This document shows, piece by piece, positions 43,333 through 52,370 of a DNA stretch of 64,000 nt. The stretch covers positions 49,804 to 113,803 of the forward strand of contig CAMWMD010000003.1 in assembly GCA_947175265.1 (NCBI GenBank). The letters run 5' to 3'. A program made the position numbers and the translations under genes. How positions within the stretch are numbered: the first letter of the stretch is position 1; each line of letters starts with the position of its first letter. Under the pieces are notes generated by a model that saw nothing but the letters and a program-made list of their open reading frames with translations, was not told where the DNA came from and did not search any database. The DNA is from an uncultured Porphyromonadaceae bacterium (GTDB taxonomy: Bacteria; Bacteroidota; Bacteroidia; Bacteroidales; Muribaculaceae).

Positions 43333-43389
43333 AGCGATGGGTGTATTAAGGTGTGGGAGAATGGTAGGAGAGGGGTTATATATGAATAT

Positions 43390-43433
43390 AAAAAACAAGT
43401 ATCGGTAATGGTTTACCGATACTTGACATTTTT
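43390..43433. terminator. Terminator after gadC (minus strand), bidirectional shape
   Basis: A 13-bp perfect stem (CAAGTATCGGTAA / TTACCGATACTTG) is flanked by A6 on one side and T5 on the other. Confidence 0.8.
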
Positions 43434-43474
43434 GATAATAAAACCGTTCCGAATTAAAACGGGGGGGGGAGAAA

Positions 43475-45022
43475 TCATGCGTTTGCAGCAGATTCTGCCT
43501 CAAATTCCTCGGCGGCCTTCTTGAGTTGAGCCTGCGCCTCGGGTGATTTATCCCAATGGAAAGGCACGAACTCATTCCCGGGCTGCTGCCATGACGGGTT
43601 GCGGAAATGAAGGATTATGAACGGCACCACGACAAAGAATATCGTGCCGCCGATCAGGACACCGAACCAAGTGGATGATGAGCCCATCGCAATCTGTGCC
43701 GGGGGGAAGAAACTGAATATGAAGGCGGTCAGAGAGGCTATGAATCCCACACCGGCGATAAGCCACATCCTGAAGTTGCCCTTCTTACCGATTCTGAAAG
43801 GACGCTTTGCATCTTTCATGCTGTAACGCAGATATATGGCAGCCGCAAACATGAGGAGGTAGACGACCAGATAGAGGAGGCATGTGAGCTGCGACAGAAT
43901 CTGATAGAAACTCTCGACAGAGGGCATGAGCACCATTACAAACGACAGAACCGTCACGGCTGCACCCTGGATGTAAAGGATATTTTTCTGCACACCCTGC
44001 TTGTTGGCCTTCTGGAAGAAGGGGGGAAGATAACCGGCTTTACCTACGGCATAGACACCTTTTGAAGGACCTGCCACCCAAGTAAGCACTCCGGCGAGGA
44101 CACCGAATGCAAGGGCGATGGCGATGATAGGTGATGCCCAGGTGATATGGAATGCCTTGAAATAGTTGTCGAATCCCACGAGAAGACTCTGCACGAGGTT
44201 GATGTCTTTGGCGGGGATTATCACGCCTAACGCGTATGTGCCGAGCACGAAGATAAGCACAGTGGCGAGCGCACCGATAATCACGGCCTTAGGATAATTG
44301 ACCGTAGGGTTCTTGATGTCGCGCACATGGACACCGCTCATCTCCATACCTGCATAGAAGAGGAATATCGACACGGCGAGGATGATGTTGTTGAAGTTGG
44401 AGAAGTCGGGGATGAAACTTCCGTGGAAATTCATCTGCGACTGTCCGCCTGTGCAAAGAAATATCACGGCGCAGACAATCAATATTCCGGCAGGGATGAT
44501 GGTGCCGACAAGACCGCCGACCTTGGAGACCTTTCCGACCCACCCCATACCTTTGAGTGAGATGAATGTGGCCAGCCAGTAGATGATGAGCACAACGGCT
44601 ATCGTGTAATACTTATTAGCCGCGAGGTGGGAGTCATACATGTGGTCCATGCCGATGAAAGCGAGCGACACAGCACCGAATGTAAGCACCGTAGGATACC
44701 ATATAGTACTCTCCACCCATTGCAGCCAGATTCCGAGGAAGCCGAGTTTCTCACCGAACGCCTCCCCGACCCAACGGAACATACCGCCCTGCTGATAAGG
44801 GAACATGGCCGCAAGTTCGGCAGCGACGAGAGAAACCGGAATGAGGAAGACAATACCGGCGAGAAGGTAATAGAATGCGGAACTCATGCCGTATTCCGCC
44901 TCGGCAGGGAGGCCACGGAGTGAAACCACGGCCACGATATTCATAATGACGAGAGTGAATACTCCCATTTTTACCGCCTGCTTCTTTGTGGAGGGAGCAG
45001 GGGAAGTGTTTGAAGTTGCCAT
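43475..45022 (-). CDS. gadC: Glutamate:GABA antiporter (APC family)
   Basis: 515 aa with an APC-family N-terminus (MGVFTLVIMNIVAVVSLRGLP) and 12 TM segments. It is adjacent to the glutaminase and glutamate decarboxylase genes. Confidence 0.85.
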   Translation of the reverse strand: MATSNTSPAPSTKKQAVKMGVFTLVIMNIVAVVSLRGLPAEAEYGMSSAFYYLLAGIVFLIPVSLVAAELAAMFPYQQGGMFRWVGEAFGEKLGFLGIWLQWVESTIWYPTVLTFGAVSLAFIGMDHMYDSHLAANKYYTIAVVLIIYWLATFISLKGMGWVGKVSKVGGLVGTIIPAGILIVCAVIFLCTGGQSQMNFHGSFIPDFSNFNNIILAVSIFLFYAGMEMSGVHVRDIKNPTVNYPKAVIIGALATVLIFVLGTYALGVIIPAKDINLVQSLLVGFDNYFKAFHITWASPIIAIALAFGVLAGVLTWVAGPSKGVYAVGKAGYLPPFFQKANKQGVQKNILYIQGAAVTVLSFVMVLMPSVESFYQILSQLTCLLYLVVYLLMFAAAIYLRYSMKDAKRPFRIGKKGNFRMWLIAGVGFIASLTAFIFSFFPPAQIAMGSSSTWFGVLIGGTIFFVVVPFIILHFRNPSWQQPGNEFVPFHWDKSPEAQAQLKKAAEEFEAESAANA

Positions 45023-45080
45023 AGTGAGTATAATTAAGAGATTAAGAGAATTTTTATAGGATTAATCGGGATAATCAGGA

Positions 45081-46049
45081 TTAATCGGAGATGATGGTAA
45101 CTTTCTCGTTGTTGAAGATTCCGAGGCCGAGTTTCTGCATGAACAGTTTGATCGCGGCCTGTGCCTTCACGGAGTTGCCGGCATCATCAAGTGGAGGAGC
45201 GAAAGCGGCTATTCCGAAGAGTCCGGGCATCACGCCCATCACTCCGCCGCCTACACCGGTCTTGGCAGGTATTCCTGACGTATAGAGCCAGTCGCCTGTA
45301 TGCTGGTAGAATCCGACAGTGGCTATCAAGGTAGTGATCTTGGGTGCGATTTCAGGAGCGAACACCTGTTTCCCGGTGAGGGGATTTGTGCCGTCGTTGG
45401 CTATTGTGGCACCCATAGCCGCGAGTTGGGAGGCTGTAATGCCGAGGGAGCACTGGCGGGTGTAGAGGTCGAGGCTCATGTCCACCTCATCGTAGATACG
45501 GTTGTAGTTCTTCAGCAGCCAGGAGATGGCGCGGTTGTTGAAATTGGTGGCCGTCTCGCTCTCATAGAGCTCATCGATGAGTTGTGGAGCCGATCCGCAG
45601 AGGTCTGTGATGTTGCCGGTGATCGCTTTCCACTTCTCCTGCGGGTCGCCCTGGGGAGCCACCATTGAGCAGGCCGTTATGGCTCCTGCGTTCACAAGTG
45701 GAGTGGAGGGGTGATCGTTCTCGAGAAGAATGGCGAACACTGAATTGAAGGGGAGACCTGTGGCATCCGCTCCAATCTGCTTGAGCACCCCTTCCGGAGT
45801 GTGCTGAATCATTGCGAGAATCGCCGTGGGCACTTTGGATACCGACTCGATGCCGAATTTATACTCGGTGTCGCCGAAACTGTAGGTGGTGCCGTCGGTA
45901 AGTGTGACGGTCAGGCCGAAGAGATTGGGGTCGATATTGGCGAGGTAAGGGATATAGTCGGCGTTCTTTCCGCCTGTCACCTTCGAAGCCTCCTCAAATG
46001 CCTCCTTGGCAGCCTGTTTTATCTGATCGTGGGTTATAATTTTTTCCAT
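45081..46049 (-). CDS. glsA: Glutaminase A
   Basis: It has the serine-beta-lactamase-like motif ESVSKV plus GKNADYIPYLA and GIPAKTGVGGG. I chose the start at MEKIITHDQ; the tracked 27-aa extension looks non-coding. Confidence 0.9.
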   Translation of the reverse strand: MEKIITHDQIKQAAKEAFEEASKVTGGKNADYIPYLANIDPNLFGLTVTLTDGTTYSFGDTEYKFGIESVSKVPTAILAMIQHTPEGVLKQIGADATGLPFNSVFAILLENDHPSTPLVNAGAITACSMVAPQGDPQEKWKAITGNITDLCGSAPQLIDELYESETATNFNNRAISWLLKNYNRIYDEVDMSLDLYTRQCSLGITASQLAAMGATIANDGTNPLTGKQVFAPEIAPKITTLIATVGFYQHTGDWLYTSGIPAKTGVGGGVMGVMPGLFGIAAFAPPLDDAGNSVKAQAAIKLFMQKLGLGIFNNEKVTIISD

Positions 46050-46092
46050 AAACTTTGAGATATTGAGAATCAGGAGTATGCTGAGGGATAAT

Positions 46093-46122
46093 AAAAAGGA
46101 GCCCCTGAGGCTTTCCGGGGCT
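46093..46122 (-). terminator. Hairpin + U-tract between gadB and glsA (terminator/attenuator)
   Basis: On the minus strand, AGCCCC..GGGGCT is followed by CCTTTTTATT. Confidence 0.5.
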
Positions 46123-46191
46123 TTAGGCACATCGGTTACCTTAAGGGCTCCATTCTCCTAATTCTTGATTATACACTCAATTTCTATAATA

Positions 46192-47616
46192 TCACTTTCC
46201 TGTATGGTTGAAAGATTTCTTGGGGAGTGGTATGTTCTTCTCCATCGCGATACGAGTAGGAGTAGGATACTCGAGTTGGTTGAGTTCAGCTACGTAACTC
46301 TTAATGTCGTTGAGGAGCTGGTCGCACATATCGCGGCTGAATCCCTGCTTGCAGAGCACACGCATCACAACCATGTTCTCGATGTTGACAGGCATAGCGT
46401 AGGCGGGCACCATCCAACCCTTCTGGGCGAGTTTGTCCTGAAGGTCATAGAGCGTCCACTTGGCATCTTTCTGCACATCGGGTTTCATAAGCCATGTCAC
46501 GATCGGGTTGGGCACCTCTTCGGAGTAAGGCTGGAACTCAGGCATAGCGGCAATCTGCCCGTGGAGATATTTAGCAATCTGGAGCGAATTGTACTGCACG
46601 TTCTTGTAGCCCTCGAATCCAAGGCGAATGAACTGATAGTACTGGCCGAGAATCTGTGCGGCAGGACGTGAATAGTTAAGACCCACTTGAGTAACCTCAG
46701 CGCCGAGGTAATCAACGGTGAAGGCCATGTCGGCGGGGAGATACTTCTTATCCTTCCAGATTACCCAGCCAAGACCCGGATAAACGAGACCGAATTTGTG
46801 GCCTGAAGTAGAGATGGAAAGGACGTTGTTAAGACGGAAATCCCATTTCTTCTCAGGGAAGAGGAAGGGAAGGATGAAACCGCCTGTGGCAGCGTCGATG
46901 TGGATGCAAAGTTCGTTGCCTGTCTCAGCATTATACTTGTCGACGGCGGCATCAAGAGCCTCTACATCATCATTAAGGCCGGTCCAGGTGACACCCTCGA
47001 TAGCCACGACGCAGATAGTGTTTTCATCACACATCTTTATGGCGGCATCAACGTCGAGAGTAGTGTGCTCGAGAGAGAGGGGCACCTGACGCATCTCGAT
47101 ATTCCAGAGGGTGGCGAATTTTTCCCAGACCACCTGATAACCTGCTGAAATTACGAAATTAGGCTTGTCATAAGGTTTCCCCGCCTTTTTGCGACGTTCG
47201 ATCCAGCGTTTCCATGCTGCAATCGCGCCGAGCATACATGCCTCTGAAGAGCCGATTGCAAGGGCTCCGGTCTTCCATTTGTTGGTCTCCGGAGTATTCC
47301 AGAGGTTTGCCATTATGTTTATACACTTCTGGCACATTACAGCCACACGGGGATATTCCGTCTCATCGATATAATTGATGTTGATGGCTTCATTCATAAG
47401 TTTTGTAGCATAGTCATCCATGTAGGTGGTGACGAATGTGGCGAGGTTCAGCCTTGGCTGAGTCTGTGCGTAAGTCTCGTCTTTCACCATCTGGTATGCT
47501 ACCTGCGGAGTTGTGGGTCCGTCCGGAATCTTCTCGACCGGAGCAGGTTTCAACATCGCGTCCTGACCGAAGGCCTCGCTCTTAGCGTCACCCTCACGAT
47601 AATTAGGATCAATCAT
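46192..47616 (-). CDS. gadB: Glutamate decarboxylase (PLP-dependent)
   Basis: 474 aa with PLP-lysine motif SISTSGHKFGLVYPGLG and a GAD-type N-terminus (RLNLATFVTTYMDDYATKLM). Confidence 0.93.
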   Translation of the reverse strand: MIDPNYREGDAKSEAFGQDAMLKPAPVEKIPDGPTTPQVAYQMVKDETYAQTQPRLNLATFVTTYMDDYATKLMNEAININYIDETEYPRVAVMCQKCINIMANLWNTPETNKWKTGALAIGSSEACMLGAIAAWKRWIERRKKAGKPYDKPNFVISAGYQVVWEKFATLWNIEMRQVPLSLEHTTLDVDAAIKMCDENTICVVAIEGVTWTGLNDDVEALDAAVDKYNAETGNELCIHIDAATGGFILPFLFPEKKWDFRLNNVLSISTSGHKFGLVYPGLGWVIWKDKKYLPADMAFTVDYLGAEVTQVGLNYSRPAAQILGQYYQFIRLGFEGYKNVQYNSLQIAKYLHGQIAAMPEFQPYSEEVPNPIVTWLMKPDVQKDAKWTLYDLQDKLAQKGWMVPAYAMPVNIENMVVMRVLCKQGFSRDMCDQLLNDIKSYVAELNQLEYPTPTRIAMEKNIPLPKKSFNHTGK

Positions 47617-47789
47617 AGTTTTAATAATTAAGATTTATAAATTAAGAATTATACCTCTGCCAGAGCCACCCCCTCATGAAGTAAGTGTGGCGCCCGACTG
47701 TATGTGTCTTTCATATCATTGATACCAAATAAACATTTGAGATGGCATAAAGTTAAATAAAAGACTAAAAATAAAAGATAAGAATGTTA

Positions 47790-47844
47790 AAAATAAAACG
47801 GGAACGGCAGCGGAGGCCGGTTGCCCGGGCTTTGCTGCCGTTCC
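47790..47844 (-). terminator. Rho-independent terminator after panB (minus strand)
   Basis: An 11-bp stem (GGAACGGCAGC / GCTGCCGTTCC) is followed on the minus strand by CGTTTTATTTTT. Confidence 0.8.
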
Positions 47845-47866
47845 TGTCTTATCTTAAGAGGGGAAT

Positions 47867-48688
47867 TCAGTATGATTCCTGCTCGTTGGGGAAATCCCCG
47901 CTCTTCACGTCGGAGATATAGTTCTGCACCGCGTCTGTCATGATTCCGGCGAGGTCGGCATATCTGCGCAGGAAACGGGGTGAGAACCCCTTGTTGATGC
48001 CCAACATATCATGCATGACGAGCACCTGCCCGTCGACACCTCCACCCGCACCTATTCCGATGACGGGGATGCTCACCTCGGAAGCGACTTTGGCAGCCAG
48101 TGAGGCAGGGATTTTCTCAAGCACAATCCCGAAGCACCCTATCTCCTCGAGCATCTTCGCATCCTCGATTAGTTTATTCGCCTCCGCCTCTTCGCGTGCG
48201 CGGACGTTATACGTTCCGAATTTGTTGATGCTCTGGGGTGTGAGGCCGAGGTGCCCCATTACGGGGATTCCGGCCGAGAGGATACGCTCCACGGATTCGC
48301 GTATCTCGCTTCCCCCCTCCATCTTGACAGCCTCGGCATGGCTTTCCTTCATTATGCGTATGGCGGAAGCCAAGGCCTCTTTGGAGTTGCCCTGATAAGA
48401 GCCGAAGGGGAGGTCGACCACGACGAGAGCCCGTTTTGTGCCTTTCATGACAGACTTGGCATGATATATCATCTGGTCGAGTGTGATGGGGAGAGTGGTC
48501 ATGTTCCCGGCCATTACGTTAGAGGCGGAGTCACCCACGAGGATGACGTCGATACCTGCCTCATCAAGGATTTTGGCTGAAGAGAAATCGTAGGCGGTGA
48601 GCATGGATATCTTCTCGCCGCGACTCTTCATCTCCACAAGGCGCCGTGTGGTGACCTTGCGGGTGTTGTCCGTAGTGTTTGTCGACAT
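47867..48688 (-). CDS. panB: 3-methyl-2-oxobutanoate hydroxymethyltransferase
   Basis: 273 aa with [24 protein letters not shown] and a TIM-barrel PanB pattern. Confidence 0.93.
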   Translation of the reverse strand: MSTNTTDNTRKVTTRRLVEMKSRGEKISMLTAYDFSSAKILDEAGIDVILVGDSASNVMAGNMTTLPITLDQMIYHAKSVMKGTKRALVVVDLPFGSYQGNSKEALASAIRIMKESHAEAVKMEGGSEIRESVERILSAGIPVMGHLGLTPQSINKFGTYNVRAREEAEANKLIEDAKMLEEIGCFGIVLEKIPASLAAKVASEVSIPVIGIGAGGGVDGQVLVMHDMLGINKGFSPRFLRRYADLAGIMTDAVQNYISDVKSGDFPNEQESY

Positions 48689-48748
48689 TTATTGACCGAG
48701 GGGAGAGGCTTGTTAATTGGTTAGAGAATAAATCAAGGAGAGACGGTG

Positions 48749-48756
48749 CAAAATTA
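48749..48756 (-). promoter_or_regulatory. -7 promoter box TAATTTTG (minus strand) for panB
   Basis: The plus strand reads CAAAATTA. It lies 61 nt upstream of the ATG at 48688. Confidence 0.6.
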
Positions 48757-48840
48757 CAAAAAGCGCGCGGAATTTAAAAATCGGGAAAGGAAAAATGAAA
48801 AATGAAAAATAATGCGGTTGTGTGAGTTGCGGGAAATTGT

Positions 48841-48848
48841 TAACTTTG
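48841..48848 (+). promoter_or_regulatory. -7 promoter box TAACTTTG for leuS
   Basis: This is a perfect TAnnTTTG(C) match 64 nt upstream of the ATG. Confidence 0.65.
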
Positions 48849-48911
48849 CCGAATAATAACGGATAGCATGGCATCTATCCATTCATAAAGCAGCAAACAA
48901 CAACCTATAAT

Positions 48912-51674
48912 ATGGAATACAACCACCGCGAAATAGAACAGCACTGGCAGAAGTACTGGCGCGATAACGAAATCTATAAGGCCACGGAGAAGCCTGGCAA
49001 GAAGAAATTCTATGTGCTTGACATGTTCCCCTATCCGTCAGGAGCGGGGCTCCATGTGGGTCATCCACTGGGGTATATAGCAAGCGATATATATTCACGT
49101 TTCAAGCGTCAGCAGGGTTTCAACGTGCTTCATCCTATGGGTTATGATGCCTACGGCCTTCCGGCTGAGCAGTATGCCATCCAGACGGGGCAGCATCCGG
49201 AGAAGACAACCAATGATAACATCGCCCGCTATCGTGAGCAGCTTGACAAGATAGGTTTCTCATTCGACTGGAGCCGTGAGATACGCACATGTGATCCGGA
49301 ATACTACCGCTGGACCCAGTGGGCGTTCATCCGTATGTTCAATTCCTATTATGACCTCACTGAGAAGAAGGCTCTTCCGATATCCGAACTCGTGGCACAC
49401 TTTGCCGAGAAGGGCACTGAGGGTGTCAACGCCGCGTGCTCCCGAAATCTCAACTTCACGGCTGAGGAATGGAACGCCATGAGCGAGAAGGAGAAAGCCG
49501 ACGTGCTCATGAACTACCGCATAGCCTATCAGGGGGAGACTATGGTGAACTGGTGTGAGGCGCTGGGCACCGTGCTCGCCAACGATGAGGTGAGCGAAGG
49601 TGTGAGTGTGCGAGGCGGCCACCCCGTTGAGCAGAAGGTGATGAACCAGTGGTGTCTCCGCGTGTCGGCCTACGCACCCCGTTTGCTTGACGACCTTGAG
49701 ACAATAGACTGGAGCGACTCCCTGAAGGAGACCCAGCGCAACTGGATAGGACGCAGCGAGGGCGCGGAGATGCGTTTCCCTGTGGTGGGTAAGGATTTTG
49801 ATCTCGAGATTTTCACCACACGTGCCGACACGAGTTTCGGCGTGACCTTCATGGTGCTCGCACCGGAGTCGAAATATGTGCAGCAACTTGTCACTCCGGA
49901 GCAAAAGGAGGCTGTGGATGCCTATCTCGCAGAAGTGAGCCACAAGACAGAGAGGGAACGCCAGATTGAGAAGAAGGTGTCTGGCGTATTCACCGGCAGT
50001 TATGCCGTCAATCCCATCAGCGGGAAGGAGATCCCTATCTGGATAAGCGATTATGTGCTCGCCGGCTACGGCACGGGAGCGATTATGGCCGTTCCGGCCC
50101 ACGATTCCCGCGACTATGCCTTCGCCAAGCATTTCGGGCTTCCCATCATCCCCCTCATCGAAGGGGCCGACGTCAGCGAGGAGAGTTTTGACGCCAAGGA
50201 GGGGAAGATGATCAACTCCGCCAATGACAAACTTGATCTCAACGGTCTGGATGTGAAGGAGGCTATAGCGAAGACGAAAAAATTCATTGAGGCTGAGGGT
50301 ATCGGCCGCGTGAAGGTGAATTATCGTCTGCGCGATGCCATTTTCTCACGCCAACGTTACTGGGGAGAACCGTTCCCCGTATATTATAAGGATGGCATAG
50401 CCCATGTGATGGATGAGAGCGACCTCCCGCTGATGCTTCCCGAGGTAGATGCCTATCTTCCGACCTCCACAGGTGAGCCACCGCTCGGACGAGCGAAGAA
50501 CTGGGTGACAAAAGAGGGTTATCCTATCGAACTCTGCACGATGCCCGGTTTCGCAGGGTCCAGCGCATACTATCTCCGCTATATGGATCCCCGAAACAAC
50601 GAGGCGCTCGTAAGCAAGGAGGCTGATGAGTATTGGCGCAACGTTGACCTTTATGTAGGTGGTTCGGAGCATGCCACCGGCCACCTCATCTATTCACGCT
50701 TCTGGAACAAGTTCCTCTTTGACCTCGGTCTGGTCGTGGAGCCGGAGCCTTTCCGCAAACTCGTGAACCAGGGTATGATACAGGGACGAAGCAATTTCGT
50801 CTACCGTATAAAAGACACCAACACCTTCGTCAGCAAAGGTCTGAAAGGCGACTATGACGTGACTCCTATCCGCGTTGACATAAATATGGTGAGCAACGAC
50901 GTGCTTGACATTGAGCGTTTCAAGGCTTGGCGTCCTGAATTTGCCGATGCCGAGTTTATACTTGAAGACGGAAAGTATAACTGCGGTTATGCCGTCGAGA
51001 AGATGTCGAAGTCAATGTTCAATGTGGTTAATCCGGATGATATCGTGGAGCGTTACGGAGCGGATACACTCCGTCTCTATGAGATGTTCCTCGGTCCTAT
51101 CGAGCAATCCAAGCCGTGGGATACGAACGGTATCGATGGCGCGAACCGCTTCCTCAAGAAACTGTGGGGACATTTCTTCAAACTCGACCTCTCAAAGCGT
51201 GAGCCTATGACAAAGGGTGAGTTGAAGACGATGCACAAACTGATCAAGAAGGTGAGCCAGGATATAGAGAATTTCTCATTCAATACCTCTGTGGCGGCCT
51301 TCATGGTCGCTCTCAACGAACTCACCTCCCAGAAATCAACAAATGTGGAGGCTATGGATCTGTTCACGCGCCTTCTCGCACCTTTCGCCCCACACATAGC
51401 GGAGGAGTTCTGGCACCGTCTGGGGCATGAAGGCTCTGTGGTGGATGCCGAGTGGCCGGCGTATGATGAGGCCAACCTCAAGGAAGATACGGTGAAGTAT
51501 CCCGTAAGTTTCAACGGCAAGACACGTTTCATGCTCGATGTTCCTGCGGAGGCAGACAAGGCCGCTGTTGAGGCTGCCGCCCTCGAGGCACCTGATGCAG
51601 AGAAATGGCTTGCAGGGAAGACACCCAAGAAAGTGATTGTCGTGCCCGGCAAGATTGTGAATATCGTCCTTTAG
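48912..51674 (+). CDS. leuS: Leucine--tRNA ligase
   Basis: 920 aa with the HIGH motif ([10 protein letters not shown]) and KMSKS ([12 protein letters not shown]). Confidence 0.97.
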   Translation: MEYNHREIEQHWQKYWRDNEIYKATEKPGKKKFYVLDMFPYPSGAGLHVGHPLGYIASDIYSRFKRQQGFNVLHPMGYDAYGLPAEQYAIQTGQHPEKTTNDNIARYREQLDKIGFSFDWSREIRTCDPEYYRWTQWAFIRMFNSYYDLTEKKALPISELVAHFAEKGTEGVNAACSRNLNFTAEEWNAMSEKEKADVLMNYRIAYQGETMVNWCEALGTVLANDEVSEGVSVRGGHPVEQKVMNQWCLRVSAYAPRLLDDLETIDWSDSLKETQRNWIGRSEGAEMRFPVVGKDFDLEIFTTRADTSFGVTFMVLAPESKYVQQLVTPEQKEAVDAYLAEVSHKTERERQIEKKVSGVFTGSYAVNPISGKEIPIWISDYVLAGYGTGAIMAVPAHDSRDYAFAKHFGLPIIPLIEGADVSEESFDAKEGKMINSANDKLDLNGLDVKEAIAKTKKFIEAEGIGRVKVNYRLRDAIFSRQRYWGEPFPVYYKDGIAHVMDESDLPLMLPEVDAYLPTSTGEPPLGRAKNWVTKEGYPIELCTMPGFAGSSAYYLRYMDPRNNEALVSKEADEYWRNVDLYVGGSEHATGHLIYSRFWNKFLFDLGLVVEPEPFRKLVNQGMIQGRSNFVYRIKDTNTFVSKGLKGDYDVTPIRVDINMVSNDVLDIERFKAWRPEFADAEFILEDGKYNCGYAVEKMSKSMFNVVNPDDIVERYGADTLRLYEMFLGPIEQSKPWDTNGIDGANRFLKKLWGHFFKLDLSKREPMTKGELKTMHKLIKKVSQDIENFSFNTSVAAFMVALNELTSQKSTNVEAMDLFTRLLAPFAPHIAEEFWHRLGHEGSVVDAEWPAYDEANLKEDTVKYPVSFNGKTRFMLDVPAEADKAAVEAAALEAPDAEKWLAGKTPKKVIVVPGKIVNIVL

Positions 51675-51746
51675 GAATTATAAGTCTCATGGGTCTTATA
51701 AGATTAATAGGATTTATAAGCCACCTCCGACTCATACGATTTAATT
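51675..51746 (+). repeat. 9-bp-periodic degenerate repeat array starting right after the leuS stop codon
   Basis: Eight consecutive 9-mers all begin with G: gaattataa gtctcatgg gtcttataa gattaatag gatttataa gccacctcc gactcatac gatttaatt. TTATAAG recurs at 51678, 51696 and 51714 (18-bp phase). Confidence 0.8.
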
Positions 51747-51761
51747 CTTATCTATAATAAA

Positions 51762-51785
51762 ACGCACCGCCGGTGCGTTTTTTTT
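51762..51785 (+). terminator. Rho-independent terminator after leuS
   Basis: Stem ACGCACC / GGTGCGT is followed by T8. The T-tract ends at the rdgB ATG. Confidence 0.75.
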
Positions 51786-52370
51786 ATGATGAAAAACGAA
51801 CTTCCGAAAATAGTATTCGCCACAAACAACCTCCATAAACTGGAGGAGGCGCGTGCCCTCGCAAAGGGTAAACTTACCATCCTTTCCCTTTCAGACATAG
51901 ATTGCCATGACGACATACCCGAGACTGCGGAGACTCTCGAGGGGAATGCCCTCATAAAGGCCCGTTGGGTGAAAGAAAAATACGGCTACGATTGCTTTGC
52001 CGATGACACGGGGCTTATGGTGGATGCGCTCGGGGGAGCACCCGGAGTATACAGCGCGCGTTTTGCCGGAGACCATTGTTCGCCCACGGACAACGTCCGT
52101 CTTCTCCTTGAGAAGATGAAAGGGGTGGAAGACAGGCGCGCGAGATTCTCCACGGTCATAGCCTTGATAAAAGATGGCAAGGAACAGATATTTGAAGGGT
52201 GTGTGGAGGGTGAAATCTCCGAGGCGCCCCATGGCAAGGAGGGTTTCGGATATGACCCCATATTCGTGCCTTACGAGTCAGGCGTCGCTTTTGCGGAGAT
52301 GACCCCGGAAGGGAAGAACGCTATATCCCACAGAGGACGCGCCATGCGCAAATTTCTCGAATCAATATGA
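51786..52370 (+). CDS. rdgB: Non-canonical purine NTP pyrophosphatase (XTP/dITP diphosphatase)
   Basis: 194 aa with IVFATNNLHKLEE, FADDTGL, GFGYDPIF and ISHRGRA. Confidence 0.92.
   Translation: MMKNELPKIVFATNNLHKLEEARALAKGKLTILSLSDIDCHDDIPETAETLEGNALIKARWVKEKYGYDCFADDTGLMVDALGGAPGVYSARFAGDHCSPTDNVRLLLEKMKGVEDRRARFSTVIALIKDGKEQIFEGCVEGEISEAPHGKEGFGYDPIFVPYESGVAFAEMTPEGKNAISHRGRAMRKFLESI

Noticed and set aside
43461-43469. A G9 homopolymer (C9 on the gadC strand) 6 nt after the gadC stop codon, which could be a phase-variation tract.
   Set aside because: It lies outside any supported coding sequence or promoter, between a stop codon and terminators. Length changes would have no obvious consequence. 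It only falls inside the rejected N-terminal extension of the MFS ORF.
48793-48813. A GAAAAAT x3 tandem run in the panB/leuS divergent promoter region.
   Set aside because: It is a short A-rich low-complexity run, as expected in a divergent promoter spacer, with nothing to distinguish it from chance.
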